A stretch of DNA of 60,362 bases from Anaerolineae bacterium (GTDB lineage Bacteria; Chloroflexota; Anaerolineae; J036; Brachytrichaceae). The DNA lies in the NCBI GenBank assembly GCA_018500105.2, contig JAHBAL020000053.1, forward strand, positions 1 to 60,362. The letters run 5' to 3'. The first letter of the stretch is position 1, and each line of letters starts with the position of its first letter. The translations under genes and the position numbers were made by a program. A model generated the notes under the pieces. The model worked only from the letters and a program-made list of their open reading frames with translations. It was not told the DNA's origin and ran no database searches. Below are positions 45,788-54,572 of this stretch, piece after piece.

Positions 45788-47209
45788 TCACCTAAGTAAG
45801 GCAATAGGACGTAAATTACGTTTCAAGAAAGCCTCCATATAATTAGCTTTAAGAAAGGCGGCTATTTTCAACGAATCATGCCAAGTTTCCACATAAGCTC
45901 TGGATAATTGTCCTAATGCTTTTAGGTTATGTTGTCTGTAAGTTAGATATTCTTTTAATACCTCATAAATGGTTGTAGGTGTTGCTTGGATTAAGGGCAT
46001 ATCCGCTTTCATTGGTATGGGAACAAATTGTAAATCGTTAGGTTGAATAAAACAAATAACTGGTTTGCCTAATGCCATTAACTCGACAGCCAAACCACCA
46101 TACCATCCAATTAAAAGCTGATCAATCAATAAATCGGCTTTCTGATAAAGTTTCTTCGCTTCTATATATGACAGGTTTTCCACCAATTGAAAATCGAATT
46201 CAACGCCTTCATCTTGCAAAATTTTTGACAGTACAGGTAGGCCACAAGACATACCTTCTATAGCGCTGAGGGCGTACCCCATCAGAAATTGTTCCGCTAA
46301 AATATCACACCCTGTTTGCATTAATTCTCTAATCTTATCATTCTGTGTCTTCTCTATTAGCAGCAATTCGATCTTTAACCCTTCTAATTCTATTAACGCG
46401 TTGACAGAATCAATCAAAAATTCAGTTTCTTTAATTGATCTATGATTTGGCGTATGAATAATTTTTACATACCCATTAATTCCGTCATTCATCGAATAAA
46501 AAGTTTTTGGCGACCACAAATTTATATCAATAACCACATGATTTACAGGCAATAAATCCCATCGGCTCATCCCATCGACAGAAGAGAAAAGTCCCATCAC
46601 AATATCAGCATGTTTTGACCAATAAGTTACTTTTTGAGAAATTTCATATTCTTTTTTTGCTCCAATTGGATAGTTATATAGTAGACCATGTTGCCAAGAC
46701 TTATCTATGATTTTTGAGTACATGTAAGCATCTCCGCCATATGCCATTAAAACCGTTTTCTTTTTTGCTAACTTAAGTAAAAATGCTTCGAACATCCAAA
46801 GTGAAGTGCTTCCTAAAATGCCACCATGAAAAGGAAAATGAAAAATGTCGAAATTAAGCAAGGAAAAACAGAATCCCCAGTATGGTGCAAACAATAAGGA
46901 GAAAATTTTCCTCAAGGTCGCTAGCGGAAATTGAATCAATTCATATATGTATATATCATAATCATTTTTTTTGTTGATTGCGCTGTAGTAATTAAAAACG
47001 ACTGTGTGAGACTTGTACCCAAGTTTTTGCATCGCCTGTGACCAATATTTATTAGAAATAATTGGAGAAGGTCCCCACATCAGGCGCGGAATTTTTTTGA
47101 GGTCTGAGAACATCCGAACAGACAAAGAAAATACAAATAAAAAAGGCAGAACTATAAAAGAAATAAAAATATGCAAAAATCTATAGATTTTAAAAAACAA
47201 GATTACCAA
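45788..47209 (-). CDS. GT-B fold glycosyltransferase-like protein (paralogue C) with N-terminal TM
   Basis: C-terminal ADLLIDQLLIGWYGGLAVELMALGKPVICFIQP. The TTG start at 47209 is uncertain; internal ATG alternatives exist. Confidence 0.45.
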   Translation of the reverse strand: MVILFFKIYRFLHIFISFIVLPFLFVFSLSVRMFSDLKKIPRLMWGPSPIISNKYWSQAMQKLGYKSHTVVFNYYSAINKKNDYDIYIYELIQFPLATLRKIFSLLFAPYWGFCFSLLNFDIFHFPFHGGILGSTSLWMFEAFLLKLAKKKTVLMAYGGDAYMYSKIIDKSWQHGLLYNYPIGAKKEYEISQKVTYWSKHADIVMGLFSSVDGMSRWDLLPVNHVVIDINLWSPKTFYSMNDGINGYVKIIHTPNHRSIKETEFLIDSVNALIELEGLKIELLLIEKTQNDKIRELMQTGCDILAEQFLMGYALSAIEGMSCGLPVLSKILQDEGVEFDFQLVENLSYIEAKKLYQKADLLIDQLLIGWYGGLAVELMALGKPVICFIQPNDLQFVPIPMKADMPLIQATPTTIYEVLKEYLTYRQHNLKALGQLSRAYVETWHDSLKIAAFLKANYMEAFLKRNLRPIALLR

Positions 47210-47256
47210 CCTCTTTTGATGTTGTGCTTACATCCAAAACAATTAATTTGAATATC

Positions 47257-47820
47257 TTAACTTATATTAACAAAAGGCTTATCTAATAAAGTCGATATAT
47301 CGGACAGAACAACTTGTCTTTTTACTCGGCATGGTGTCCCAAATGCTACACTATGGGATGGTATATCGTTATCAACATATGAATTAGCACCAATAACAAC
47401 CCCATCACCTATTGCAACACCACGCGCAATAATAGTATTTGGACCTATATAACACCTGTCACCAATTTTTACGTGGCCGTATTCATATGGCGCGATACCA
47501 CCAGACAACGCCCATTTAACTGTATCGTGTGTATATATTTGGACACCCGCACTAATACTACAATTATTGCCAATCTCAAGTTTGCCAGAGCCATCCAAAA
47601 TAACGAAAGGGCCGATCCAAGTGTTACTTCCGACTCGTACATCGCCATACACATAAGCATTGTGATAGATGCTCGTTTTATCTCCGAAGCCTAAATTTTT
47701 TGCGCGTTGCCACCGGTCAAATAACATTTCGTCAAAGGGTAAATCCCTATGCCACTTGGCACGTTTTTCAAAACGCAAGTATTCATACAAATCTTGAATT
47801 AAACGAAGAAGCCGTTCCAT
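47257..47820 (-). CDS. Left-handed beta-helix (hexapeptide) acetyltransferase
   Basis: Hexapeptide repeats IGNNCSISAGVQIYTHD and IGDRCYIGPNTIIARGVAIGDGVVIGANSYV. The N-terminal helical region is as in Mac/WbbJ-type O-acetyltransferases. Confidence 0.8.
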   Translation of the reverse strand: MERLLRLIQDLYEYLRFEKRAKWHRDLPFDEMLFDRWQRAKNLGFGDKTSIYHNAYVYGDVRVGSNTWIGPFVILDGSGKLEIGNNCSISAGVQIYTHDTVKWALSGGIAPYEYGHVKIGDRCYIGPNTIIARGVAIGDGVVIGANSYVDNDIPSHSVAFGTPCRVKRQVVLSDISTLLDKPFVNIS

Positions 47821-47850
47821 GGGTTTTGAATAACAAATTTCAACAAAATA

Positions 47851-48900
47851 TTAGATGCGCTTTGCGCAAACAGTAATGCCGCTTTCATCCTCATACAATC
47901 TTTCTATGGATAAATTACCTTCTTCACACCAGTGTCGAATATCTTCGGCACTTTGCCGATGAGCATAAGTTGGGCGATACCAATCAAAATTGACATGCAC
48001 ATTTTCTTCAAATGACAAGTCTGAATTCCAAAATAATTTGGTGAAGTGATAATAAATCAGGCGCTGAACGTCATATCGTCCTGATCTAATTTCAAGCAGC
48101 GGCACATCTGGCAAAGACACAGAGACATTTAATTCTGCGAGTGCACGCCCTAGTTCAGTTAATGAACGCATCGCATCCCACGATTCATCATTTGAAAGAC
48201 CACTTATTTTATGGCGAATATAATCATCCGCAAATTCACGGACTGGGCCTTTACGCCGATACACATAAAAATGAAATTTACCTCCGCTTGTTAACACCCG
48301 TGCTGCCGATAACAAGGCGGCACGGGTAGAGGGTGTGTGATGTAAGACACCTTCAGAAAACACCGCATCAAATGTGCCATTTGCAAATGGCAACTGTAAC
48401 GCATCGGCTTGCACAAAATGAGTATTTGGCAAATGCCCTAGCCGCTCATATGCAACATCTACAGCTTCTGAAATATCTGCACCCACATACATGGTATTTC
48501 TATGCCATTTAGGCGAATCTAACCAAATTGATGCTGAAAATCCACTGCCACAACCAATGTCCAACACACATTGTTTGCTATTATAGAACGCTGTCCAATT
48601 TTCAATTGAATCAAACCCATATTTCTGCAAATACCATTGAGCGGCTGTTGCTTTTGCAGTAGGTGAGTCATAAGTATCACGCTTTTTCCATTTAAACCCG
48701 AATGAGTCACTGGTTTGGAGTTGTCCGATATCATCGCTAATCACAAATCGTGGAATTCCATTATGGATAGGGTATTTGATTTGGTTGCGATTAAGAAAGT
48801 AACCATCATGAATTGCTTCTATGTTTTCTTGGGCTGCATATAAGGTAAGTGTAGACTGATCGCCTGGGTCAACTAATAAACGATAAAATTGTAAATTCAT
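47851..48900 (-). CDS. SAM-dependent methyltransferase with N-terminal Trm112-like domain
   Basis: N-terminal ...KYPIHNGIPRFV (Trm112p-like), motif I VLDIGCGSGFSA, and VFSEGVLHH. Confidence 0.75.
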   Translation of the reverse strand: MNLQFYRLLVDPGDQSTLTLYAAQENIEAIHDGYFLNRNQIKYPIHNGIPRFVISDDIGQLQTSDSFGFKWKKRDTYDSPTAKATAAQWYLQKYGFDSIENWTAFYNSKQCVLDIGCGSGFSASIWLDSPKWHRNTMYVGADISEAVDVAYERLGHLPNTHFVQADALQLPFANGTFDAVFSEGVLHHTPSTRAALLSAARVLTSGGKFHFYVYRRKGPVREFADDYIRHKISGLSNDESWDAMRSLTELGRALAELNVSVSLPDVPLLEIRSGRYDVQRLIYYHFTKLFWNSDLSFEENVHVNFDWYRPTYAHRQSAEDIRHWCEEGNLSIERLYEDESGITVCAKRI

Positions 48901-48904
48901 AGGA

Positions 48905-50848
48905 CTAAACTGTAAAATAAGCCTTAAGCCACCACTCCAAGCTAAGAAACGACCATAATAATAAACGTTTATTTTCGACCCCGTGACAATGTGTCTCTAA
49001 AGTTTGCTGCACAAAGGTTGGTTGCAATAACTCATAAATATGGGCCGATTTAGGTTGCAATAACGTTTGAATATAGTCTAAGCTTTCGCCACGAAACCAC
49101 GATGCATCTGGGGCGCTAAACCCTTGTTTGGCGCGAGTGATAGTATCGGGTGGCACCCATTGCCGCATGGTTTCGCGTAGCACCCATTTGCCATCGCCAT
49201 AACGCTGATCGTAACGCTGCCGTTTGCCAATTTCATTTTCTTTCATCAGTGTTTGGGCTGTTTGGTCTAAGTGTTGCAATTTATAATTAGCCGGCAATTG
49301 CAATGCAAAATCAACCAAGTCATTATCTAAGAATGGCACACGGCTTTCTAGGCTATGGGCCATACTCATTTTATCTTCAACAATAAATAGCCCATGCAAA
49401 AATGTTTTTGCTTCAAAATACAATGCCGCATGAATGCGATCTTCCACTGTCTCGGGAACACGCCCAAAACCATTTAGCACAGTTTGAAAAGCCGAAAAAG
49501 CACTGTGATTGCCAATCTTACGTTTTGTAGCTGCATTGAACAAGTTGAGTTTGTCCTCGTAAGATACCAGTCTTTGCCAAAATTGATAATAATTCGAATA
49601 ATAATCGCCCGCTTCTAACCCACGATAATAACGCCATGGGTAACCGCCAAATAGCTCGTCGCCCCCTGTGCCAGATAGACACACCTTTACAAATTTACTT
49701 GCCAATCGCGCAGTATAATAATTGGGATAACATTGACCTACCCGCAAGTCTTCTAAGTGCCAAATTAGCTCTGGCATTACGTGTTCCATGTCGCCAGCGT
49801 GCAAAACATTTTCATAATGTTCGGTTTTAAATAAATTGGCTAATGCTTCTGAAGCTGGACGTTCATCAAACCCCATCTCTAGTCCTGAGGCCGAAGAAAG
49901 ATCAAATCCACCGGTAAACGTGTGAATACGTTTTAGTTTTTGTGAAGCAATTGCCACAATTGACCCTGAATCCATGCCTCCACTCAAATAACTACCAACA
50001 GGCACATCACTCATTAATTGTCGTTCAACCGCTTGTGCAAATAAACGACGCAATTCTATTTGTGCCTCTTCAAATGATATATTTTGACGTTGTGTCTGAG
50101 TAGGAAAATAAAAATCCCAATATTGTTTTATTTTATAAACCTCAGTTAAAGGCAACGATGCATCTGAAAGGTCAAGTGTGAGTGTATGGCCTGCTGGCAA
50201 AATACGAATATTATTAAAGAGCGTCAAATCGCCAAGCACATTTTGAAAGGTAAAATATTCATTTAACGCTGGATAGCATATCTCGCGTGATACTTTAGGG
50301 TGCGTCAAAATGGCTTTTATTTCAGAAGCAAAAATAAATAACTTGTCGCTAACATAATAATAGAGTGGTTTTACCCCAAAACGATCCCGCGCCAGAAAAA
50401 GCTGCTGGCGTTGTGCATCCCAAATTGCAAATGAAAACATGCCATTAAAATGTTTGACACAGTCGCCGCCCCATATTTCGTATGCCTTTAGCAATGTTTC
50501 TGTATCTGACCGTGAGTTAAAAGTTGCCCCGAATGTAGAAAGTATTTTTCGTAGCTCTAAATGGTTATACAGCTCACCGTTGTAAATAATGACTTTATCT
50601 GCGGCTTGGTTTAACATGGGCTGCGCCCCACCGGGGCTTAAATCCACAATGGCTAATCGGCGATGTCCGAATGCTAAATTAGCGTTTTCAATAGACCGAT
50701 GCAGTCGAATCGCCTGCGTAGCAGTGTTGGCAAAACAATAACCCTCCCCATCTGGGCCACGATGTTTAATCGTATCAGTCATGCGTTTGATCAAATTTGC
50801 ATCAAACGCCATTTCGGGATGTTGATAAAAACCAACTAAACCACACAT
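48905..50848 (-). CDS. Asparagine synthase (glutamine-hydrolysing) family amidotransferase (WbpS-like candidate)
   Basis: N-terminal nucleophile MCGLVGF, and PP-loop SYLSGGMDSGSI. It lies inside a glycan cluster. There is a 13-bp overlap with the upstream DegT. Confidence 0.85.
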   Translation of the reverse strand: MCGLVGFYQHPEMAFDANLIKRMTDTIKHRGPDGEGYCFANTATQAIRLHRSIENANLAFGHRRLAIVDLSPGGAQPMLNQAADKVIIYNGELYNHLELRKILSTFGATFNSRSDTETLLKAYEIWGGDCVKHFNGMFSFAIWDAQRQQLFLARDRFGVKPLYYYVSDKLFIFASEIKAILTHPKVSREICYPALNEYFTFQNVLGDLTLFNNIRILPAGHTLTLDLSDASLPLTEVYKIKQYWDFYFPTQTQRQNISFEEAQIELRRLFAQAVERQLMSDVPVGSYLSGGMDSGSIVAIASQKLKRIHTFTGGFDLSSASGLEMGFDERPASEALANLFKTEHYENVLHAGDMEHVMPELIWHLEDLRVGQCYPNYYTARLASKFVKVCLSGTGGDELFGGYPWRYYRGLEAGDYYSNYYQFWQRLVSYEDKLNLFNAATKRKIGNHSAFSAFQTVLNGFGRVPETVEDRIHAALYFEAKTFLHGLFIVEDKMSMAHSLESRVPFLDNDLVDFALQLPANYKLQHLDQTAQTLMKENEIGKRQRYDQRYGDGKWVLRETMRQWVPPDTITRAKQGFSAPDASWFRGESLDYIQTLLQPKSAHIYELLQPTFVQQTLETHCHGVENKRLLLWSFLSLEWWLKAYFTV

Positions 50849-52011
50849 TCAAACCCCTTGACTAAATGCTCAATCACATAATCTTGTTCAATCTCAGTCA
50901 TTTGAGGATATAAAGGCAGCGTCAAGCTTAGCCCTTCAGCCATGGTCGCATAAGGATAATTTTCAGGTGAGATATCATACTTATCTGCATAGTAACCTGT
51001 ATTTACTGGCGCGTGAGTGCCTTGTCGAGTCGAAACACCCTGTTCTTCTAATATCAACATTAATTGATTTCGCTGATCACTGAGCCTTTGTAAATTTGCC
51101 ATACTTGGGGTTTGCGGTTGAAACAAACATACATAAGCTTGATAACCATGTACATATTCACTTGGCACAATAGGTGTTTGAAGCCATGAAATATGCTTAA
51201 GCTTTTCATCATATCTTTTTGCCCAATGAACACGTGCCGACATAATTTCAGCAGCCCTTCCTAGTTGAACACAGCCAAGTGCGCCTTGAATATCTGTCAT
51301 TCGGTAGTTATAACCTAAATGATTATAGTCAGCTAGTAAAAATGCTGCCTTATTGTGGTGGCGAACGTGATCGGTGCGCGAGGCTCCGTGATCTCGTAAG
51401 CTACGGCTTAATGTCGCCAAATCGGCGCGAGGCGTTGTAATCATACCGCCTTCGCCAGTTGTAATTGATTTACGTGGGTGAAAACTAAAGCAACCAGCAT
51501 CGCCAAATGTGCCCGCATGTCTGCCATGATACCAAGCGCCAAACCCACAAGCTGCATCTTCAACAACCCACAAATGATGCTTCTTTGCAAGTTCCAAAAG
51601 CGGAATCATATCTGCACATAATCCAAAAAGATGGACGGGAATAATACCGACTGTACGTGGGGTAATTAATGATTCAATCTGTAAAATATTAATATTAAAG
51701 GTTTGAAGATCAATATCGCAGAATATTGGAATCGCCCCCATGTACTCCACCACATTGGCGGTAGAGACCCATGTTAAGGCGGGCACAATGACTTCATCGC
51801 CAGGTTTAAGACCGAGAGCAGCAACAGAAATATGAAGCGCAGTTGTGCAATTGCTTGTTGCAATACTAGATGTTGAGCCAGAATAAGCAGAAAATAACTC
51901 TTCAAACTGCTGAACATAAGGCCCCTGAACAACCCATCCGGCTTCTAATGGTTTTTGAACAGCTAATAATTCTTCTGCCCCAAAGAATGTTTTTGTAATT
52001 GGAATTTTCAC
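50836..52011 (-). CDS. DegT/DnrJ/EryC1/StrS family aminotransferase (second copy)
   Basis: SFHPRKSITTGEGGMITT PLP-lysine context, and an N-terminal region conserved with the first copy. Confidence 0.85.
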   Translation of the reverse strand: MKIPITKTFFGAEELLAVQKPLEAGWVVQGPYVQQFEELFSAYSGSTSSIATSNCTTALHISVAALGLKPGDEVIVPALTWVSTANVVEYMGAIPIFCDIDLQTFNINILQIESLITPRTVGIIPVHLFGLCADMIPLLELAKKHHLWVVEDAACGFGAWYHGRHAGTFGDAGCFSFHPRKSITTGEGGMITTPRADLATLSRSLRDHGASRTDHVRHHNKAAFLLADYNHLGYNYRMTDIQGALGCVQLGRAAEIMSARVHWAKRYDEKLKHISWLQTPIVPSEYVHGYQAYVCLFQPQTPSMANLQRLSDQRNQLMLILEEQGVSTRQGTHAPVNTGYYADKYDISPENYPYATMAEGLSLTLPLYPQMTEIEQDYVIEHLVKGFECVV

Positions 52012-52023
52012 AAATCTTCAACC

Positions 52024-52986
52024 CTATTTTGATCGCCAATTGATTAAACGCATCAACCCTTCGCTTAAAGAATATCTATAAACAAACCCTAAATCTTGTT
52101 GTGCTTTTTTCGGACAGCCAATTCGATTTTTTACTAACCGTCGAGCATCATCTTCATTGTATGGTTTATAAGTAACCTTAAGTGGAGATTGCTTTAACGC
52201 AAGAATCAAATCACATAGTTGTCGAATCGTAGTTTGAATTCCTGTGCCAACATTATAAAACTCATCTGTGACCTCAGATTGTAATGCAAGCACATTACAA
52301 CGGGCAACATCTTCAACATCAATAAAGTCATATGCTTGTGACCCATCGCCATTAATCGTGGGAGATTCACCTGCATCAATTTTGTTTAACATAATCGGGA
52401 TGACACCCGTATAAACAGCCGTTTGATCTTGGTGCGGCCCATAAACATTCATATAACGTAACCCAACATAACTTAATCCATAACGATCATAAAAGGCACG
52501 ACACATTGCCTCTCCAGCAATTTTGGTGGCCCCATAAAAATTTCGATTATTAAATGGATGCATTTCAGTCATAGGCACTTCGACCGCATCGCCATAAACA
52601 GAAGCTGAAGATGAATAGACTAAGCGTTGAATATTATTTTTAACACACGCTTCTAGAACATTAAACGTGCCTTCTATATTGACATGAAAGGCTGTTCTGG
52701 GAAAATCTTTGCAATGTAATAGCCACATCGCAGCTAAATGAATAACGCCATCCATACCCTTCATTGCATCATTTAAGATGTCTATATCACGAATATCTCC
52801 GCCATTTGCATACAATTTACAGCGAACATCCGATAAAAAAGGTTCAATAAATTCATATTCACCACGCGCAAAATTATCATATATAACAACTTCAGCAACG
52901 TCGGTTTTTAAAAGTTCAGCAACAACATGGCTGCCTATAAAACCAGCCCCACCAATCACAAGAATTTTTTTATTTTTTAAAATCAT
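52024..52986 (-). CDS. NAD-dependent epimerase/dehydratase (extended SDR; UDP-sugar 4-epimerase/4,6-dehydratase-like)
   Basis: ILVIGGAGFIGSH, and YGATKIAGE (Y-x3-K). Confidence 0.8.
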   Translation of the reverse strand: MILKNKKILVIGGAGFIGSHVVAELLKTDVAEVVIYDNFARGEYEFIEPFLSDVRCKLYANGGDIRDIDILNDAMKGMDGVIHLAAMWLLHCKDFPRTAFHVNIEGTFNVLEACVKNNIQRLVYSSSASVYGDAVEVPMTEMHPFNNRNFYGATKIAGEAMCRAFYDRYGLSYVGLRYMNVYGPHQDQTAVYTGVIPIMLNKIDAGESPTINGDGSQAYDFIDVEDVARCNVLALQSEVTDEFYNVGTGIQTTIRQLCDLILALKQSPLKVTYKPYNEDDARRLVKNRIGCPKKAQQDLGFVYRYSLSEGLMRLINWRSK

Positions 52987-54554
52987 TGAACTTTAACCTC
53001 TACTAAATCAAGTATAGTTTTTGTTTCATTTAGATCAAAACACTTATTCCAGCCCTTCCCTGATAACCCAAGCGATGCACACCCTTTACTTAAATCAAGT
53101 TTATCAAATGGCAAATAGACTTCGTCGCCACGAACCGATCGGGCTTGTAATCGTTGAGCAAGAACTTTTTTCGTATTATCATCACTTTGATCAGGAGCAG
53201 CAAACCCAATCCCCAGCACTTTTGGATTTTTAATTGACTCAAATTCAAATAATATTACCATAGCATCCACAGCTTCCGCATCCCAAGGATCATTCGCCAC
53301 CACCACAATCGGCAACGTAGGATTCTCACGCGAAAATGCCACCACACGGTCGAGTCGCTGACGAAGCGCCGACGTGCGGCTTAGATTATCGAGCGACAAC
53401 TGACGCATTTGCTGCGCCCAAATAGCAACCAACGGCATGCTAACGAGCAACAACGCTAACGGAACCCCAACCCGCACCGCCTGCCAAGGCAGCCGACCCA
53501 ACATCACCCGCAGCCAACACACCACCGCGATTCCCAAAAAGATCAGCCCCGGGAAATCGTAGCGGCTTGTGCCATGAGGCCACAAGCCTTTGTAGAACAA
53601 ATACTGCACCGCGCTCAGCCCCAAACACACCACGCTGACAAATAGCCAACGTAGCTCGGATGATAATCGCCTGCTGCGCCACCACAAATATGCGCCCAAG
53701 CCCACATTCACCACCAACAGCACCGCCGCGCCAACCACATAATTAAACGCCGGGCGATAATAGCGAAAATAGAGCAGCAGCAACTTCAGCCGCCCTTTCA
53801 AACTCGTATCATCGCCATAAAAATCGCTGCCGCCGATAAAGTTGGCGAGCAAAAAGACGGCGACAGTCACGACACATAACAGCAAAATAAGCAGCGCCGC
53901 CCAAAACAAACGCCAGCGCCGCGCTCGCCACAACCCATAAGCCGCCCACATCAACAATGGCAGCAAGAAAAGATAATTTTCTTTGACCCCAACCGCGATC
54001 AAACTACCCACCAAAATCGCCAACCAGCGCCATCCCGATGCTTGTTTGGGCGAGGCTTTGACAAGCCCCGACAAGCCGAAGGCAATCAGCCCCATGGCAG
54101 GCACAGTGTAATTTTCAGGTGGGCCGAGCCGCCCGAAAATATCGGCCCAATACGGTGCGCCCAATGTGAGCAACGACAAAGCCCCACCAAGCCCCCAGCC
54201 AAACCAGCCGATGAAATAATAGGCCATGAGCGCAGCAAAACCGGCAAACGCCGCCATACGCACCCCATACCATAGCGCCACATTGTCGCGCCACAAGGCT
54301 GTCTCGATCAACCGCAACGAATAGTAAATGGGGCGAAAACGCCGCGCCTCAAATGGATGCCCGACTTCGGTGTCGAGCAAAAAGCCCGGCATTTCAGAAA
54401 CATACAGCACGCGGTCAGGGCCGAGGTATTTAATCGTCTCGTGGTCATCAATTAACCCAAACCAACTGCCCAGATTTGGCCCAAAGCAATAATAGCTGAG
54501 TGCCATTGCACAGCATAGGCAAACCATTGCGCGGGCAAATCTATTTTTTAACAT
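52983..54554 (-). CDS. Polytopic membrane protein (GT-C-like) with C-terminal soluble domain
   Basis: About 11 TM helices, with an early loop LIDDHETIKY. The body of the gene is GC-rich, while the last ~300 bp (52983-~53280) is AT-rich like the downstream island. There is a 4-bp overlap with the epimerase gene. Confidence 0.3.
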   Translation of the reverse strand: MLKNRFARAMVCLCCAMALSYYCFGPNLGSWFGLIDDHETIKYLGPDRVLYVSEMPGFLLDTEVGHPFEARRFRPIYYSLRLIETALWRDNVALWYGVRMAAFAGFAALMAYYFIGWFGWGLGGALSLLTLGAPYWADIFGRLGPPENYTVPAMGLIAFGLSGLVKASPKQASGWRWLAILVGSLIAVGVKENYLFLLPLLMWAAYGLWRARRWRLFWAALLILLLCVVTVAVFLLANFIGGSDFYGDDTSLKGRLKLLLLYFRYYRPAFNYVVGAAVLLVVNVGLGAYLWWRSRRLSSELRWLFVSVVCLGLSAVQYLFYKGLWPHGTSRYDFPGLIFLGIAVVCWLRVMLGRLPWQAVRVGVPLALLLVSMPLVAIWAQQMRQLSLDNLSRTSALRQRLDRVVAFSRENPTLPIVVVANDPWDAEAVDAMVILFEFESIKNPKVLGIGFAAPDQSDDNTKKVLAQRLQARSVRGDEVYLPFDKLDLSKGCASLGLSGKGWNKCFDLNETKTILDLVEVKVQ

Positions 54555-54572
54555 TGCGTATCTGCGAGAAAA

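Noticed and set aside
47257-47820. Calling the LbetaH acetyltransferase specifically WbpD
   Set aside because: The hexapeptide fold is clear, but the N-terminal helical region resembles Mac/WbbJ-type O-acetyltransferases. N- versus O-acetylation cannot be decided from the sequence by eye, so I kept a generic call.
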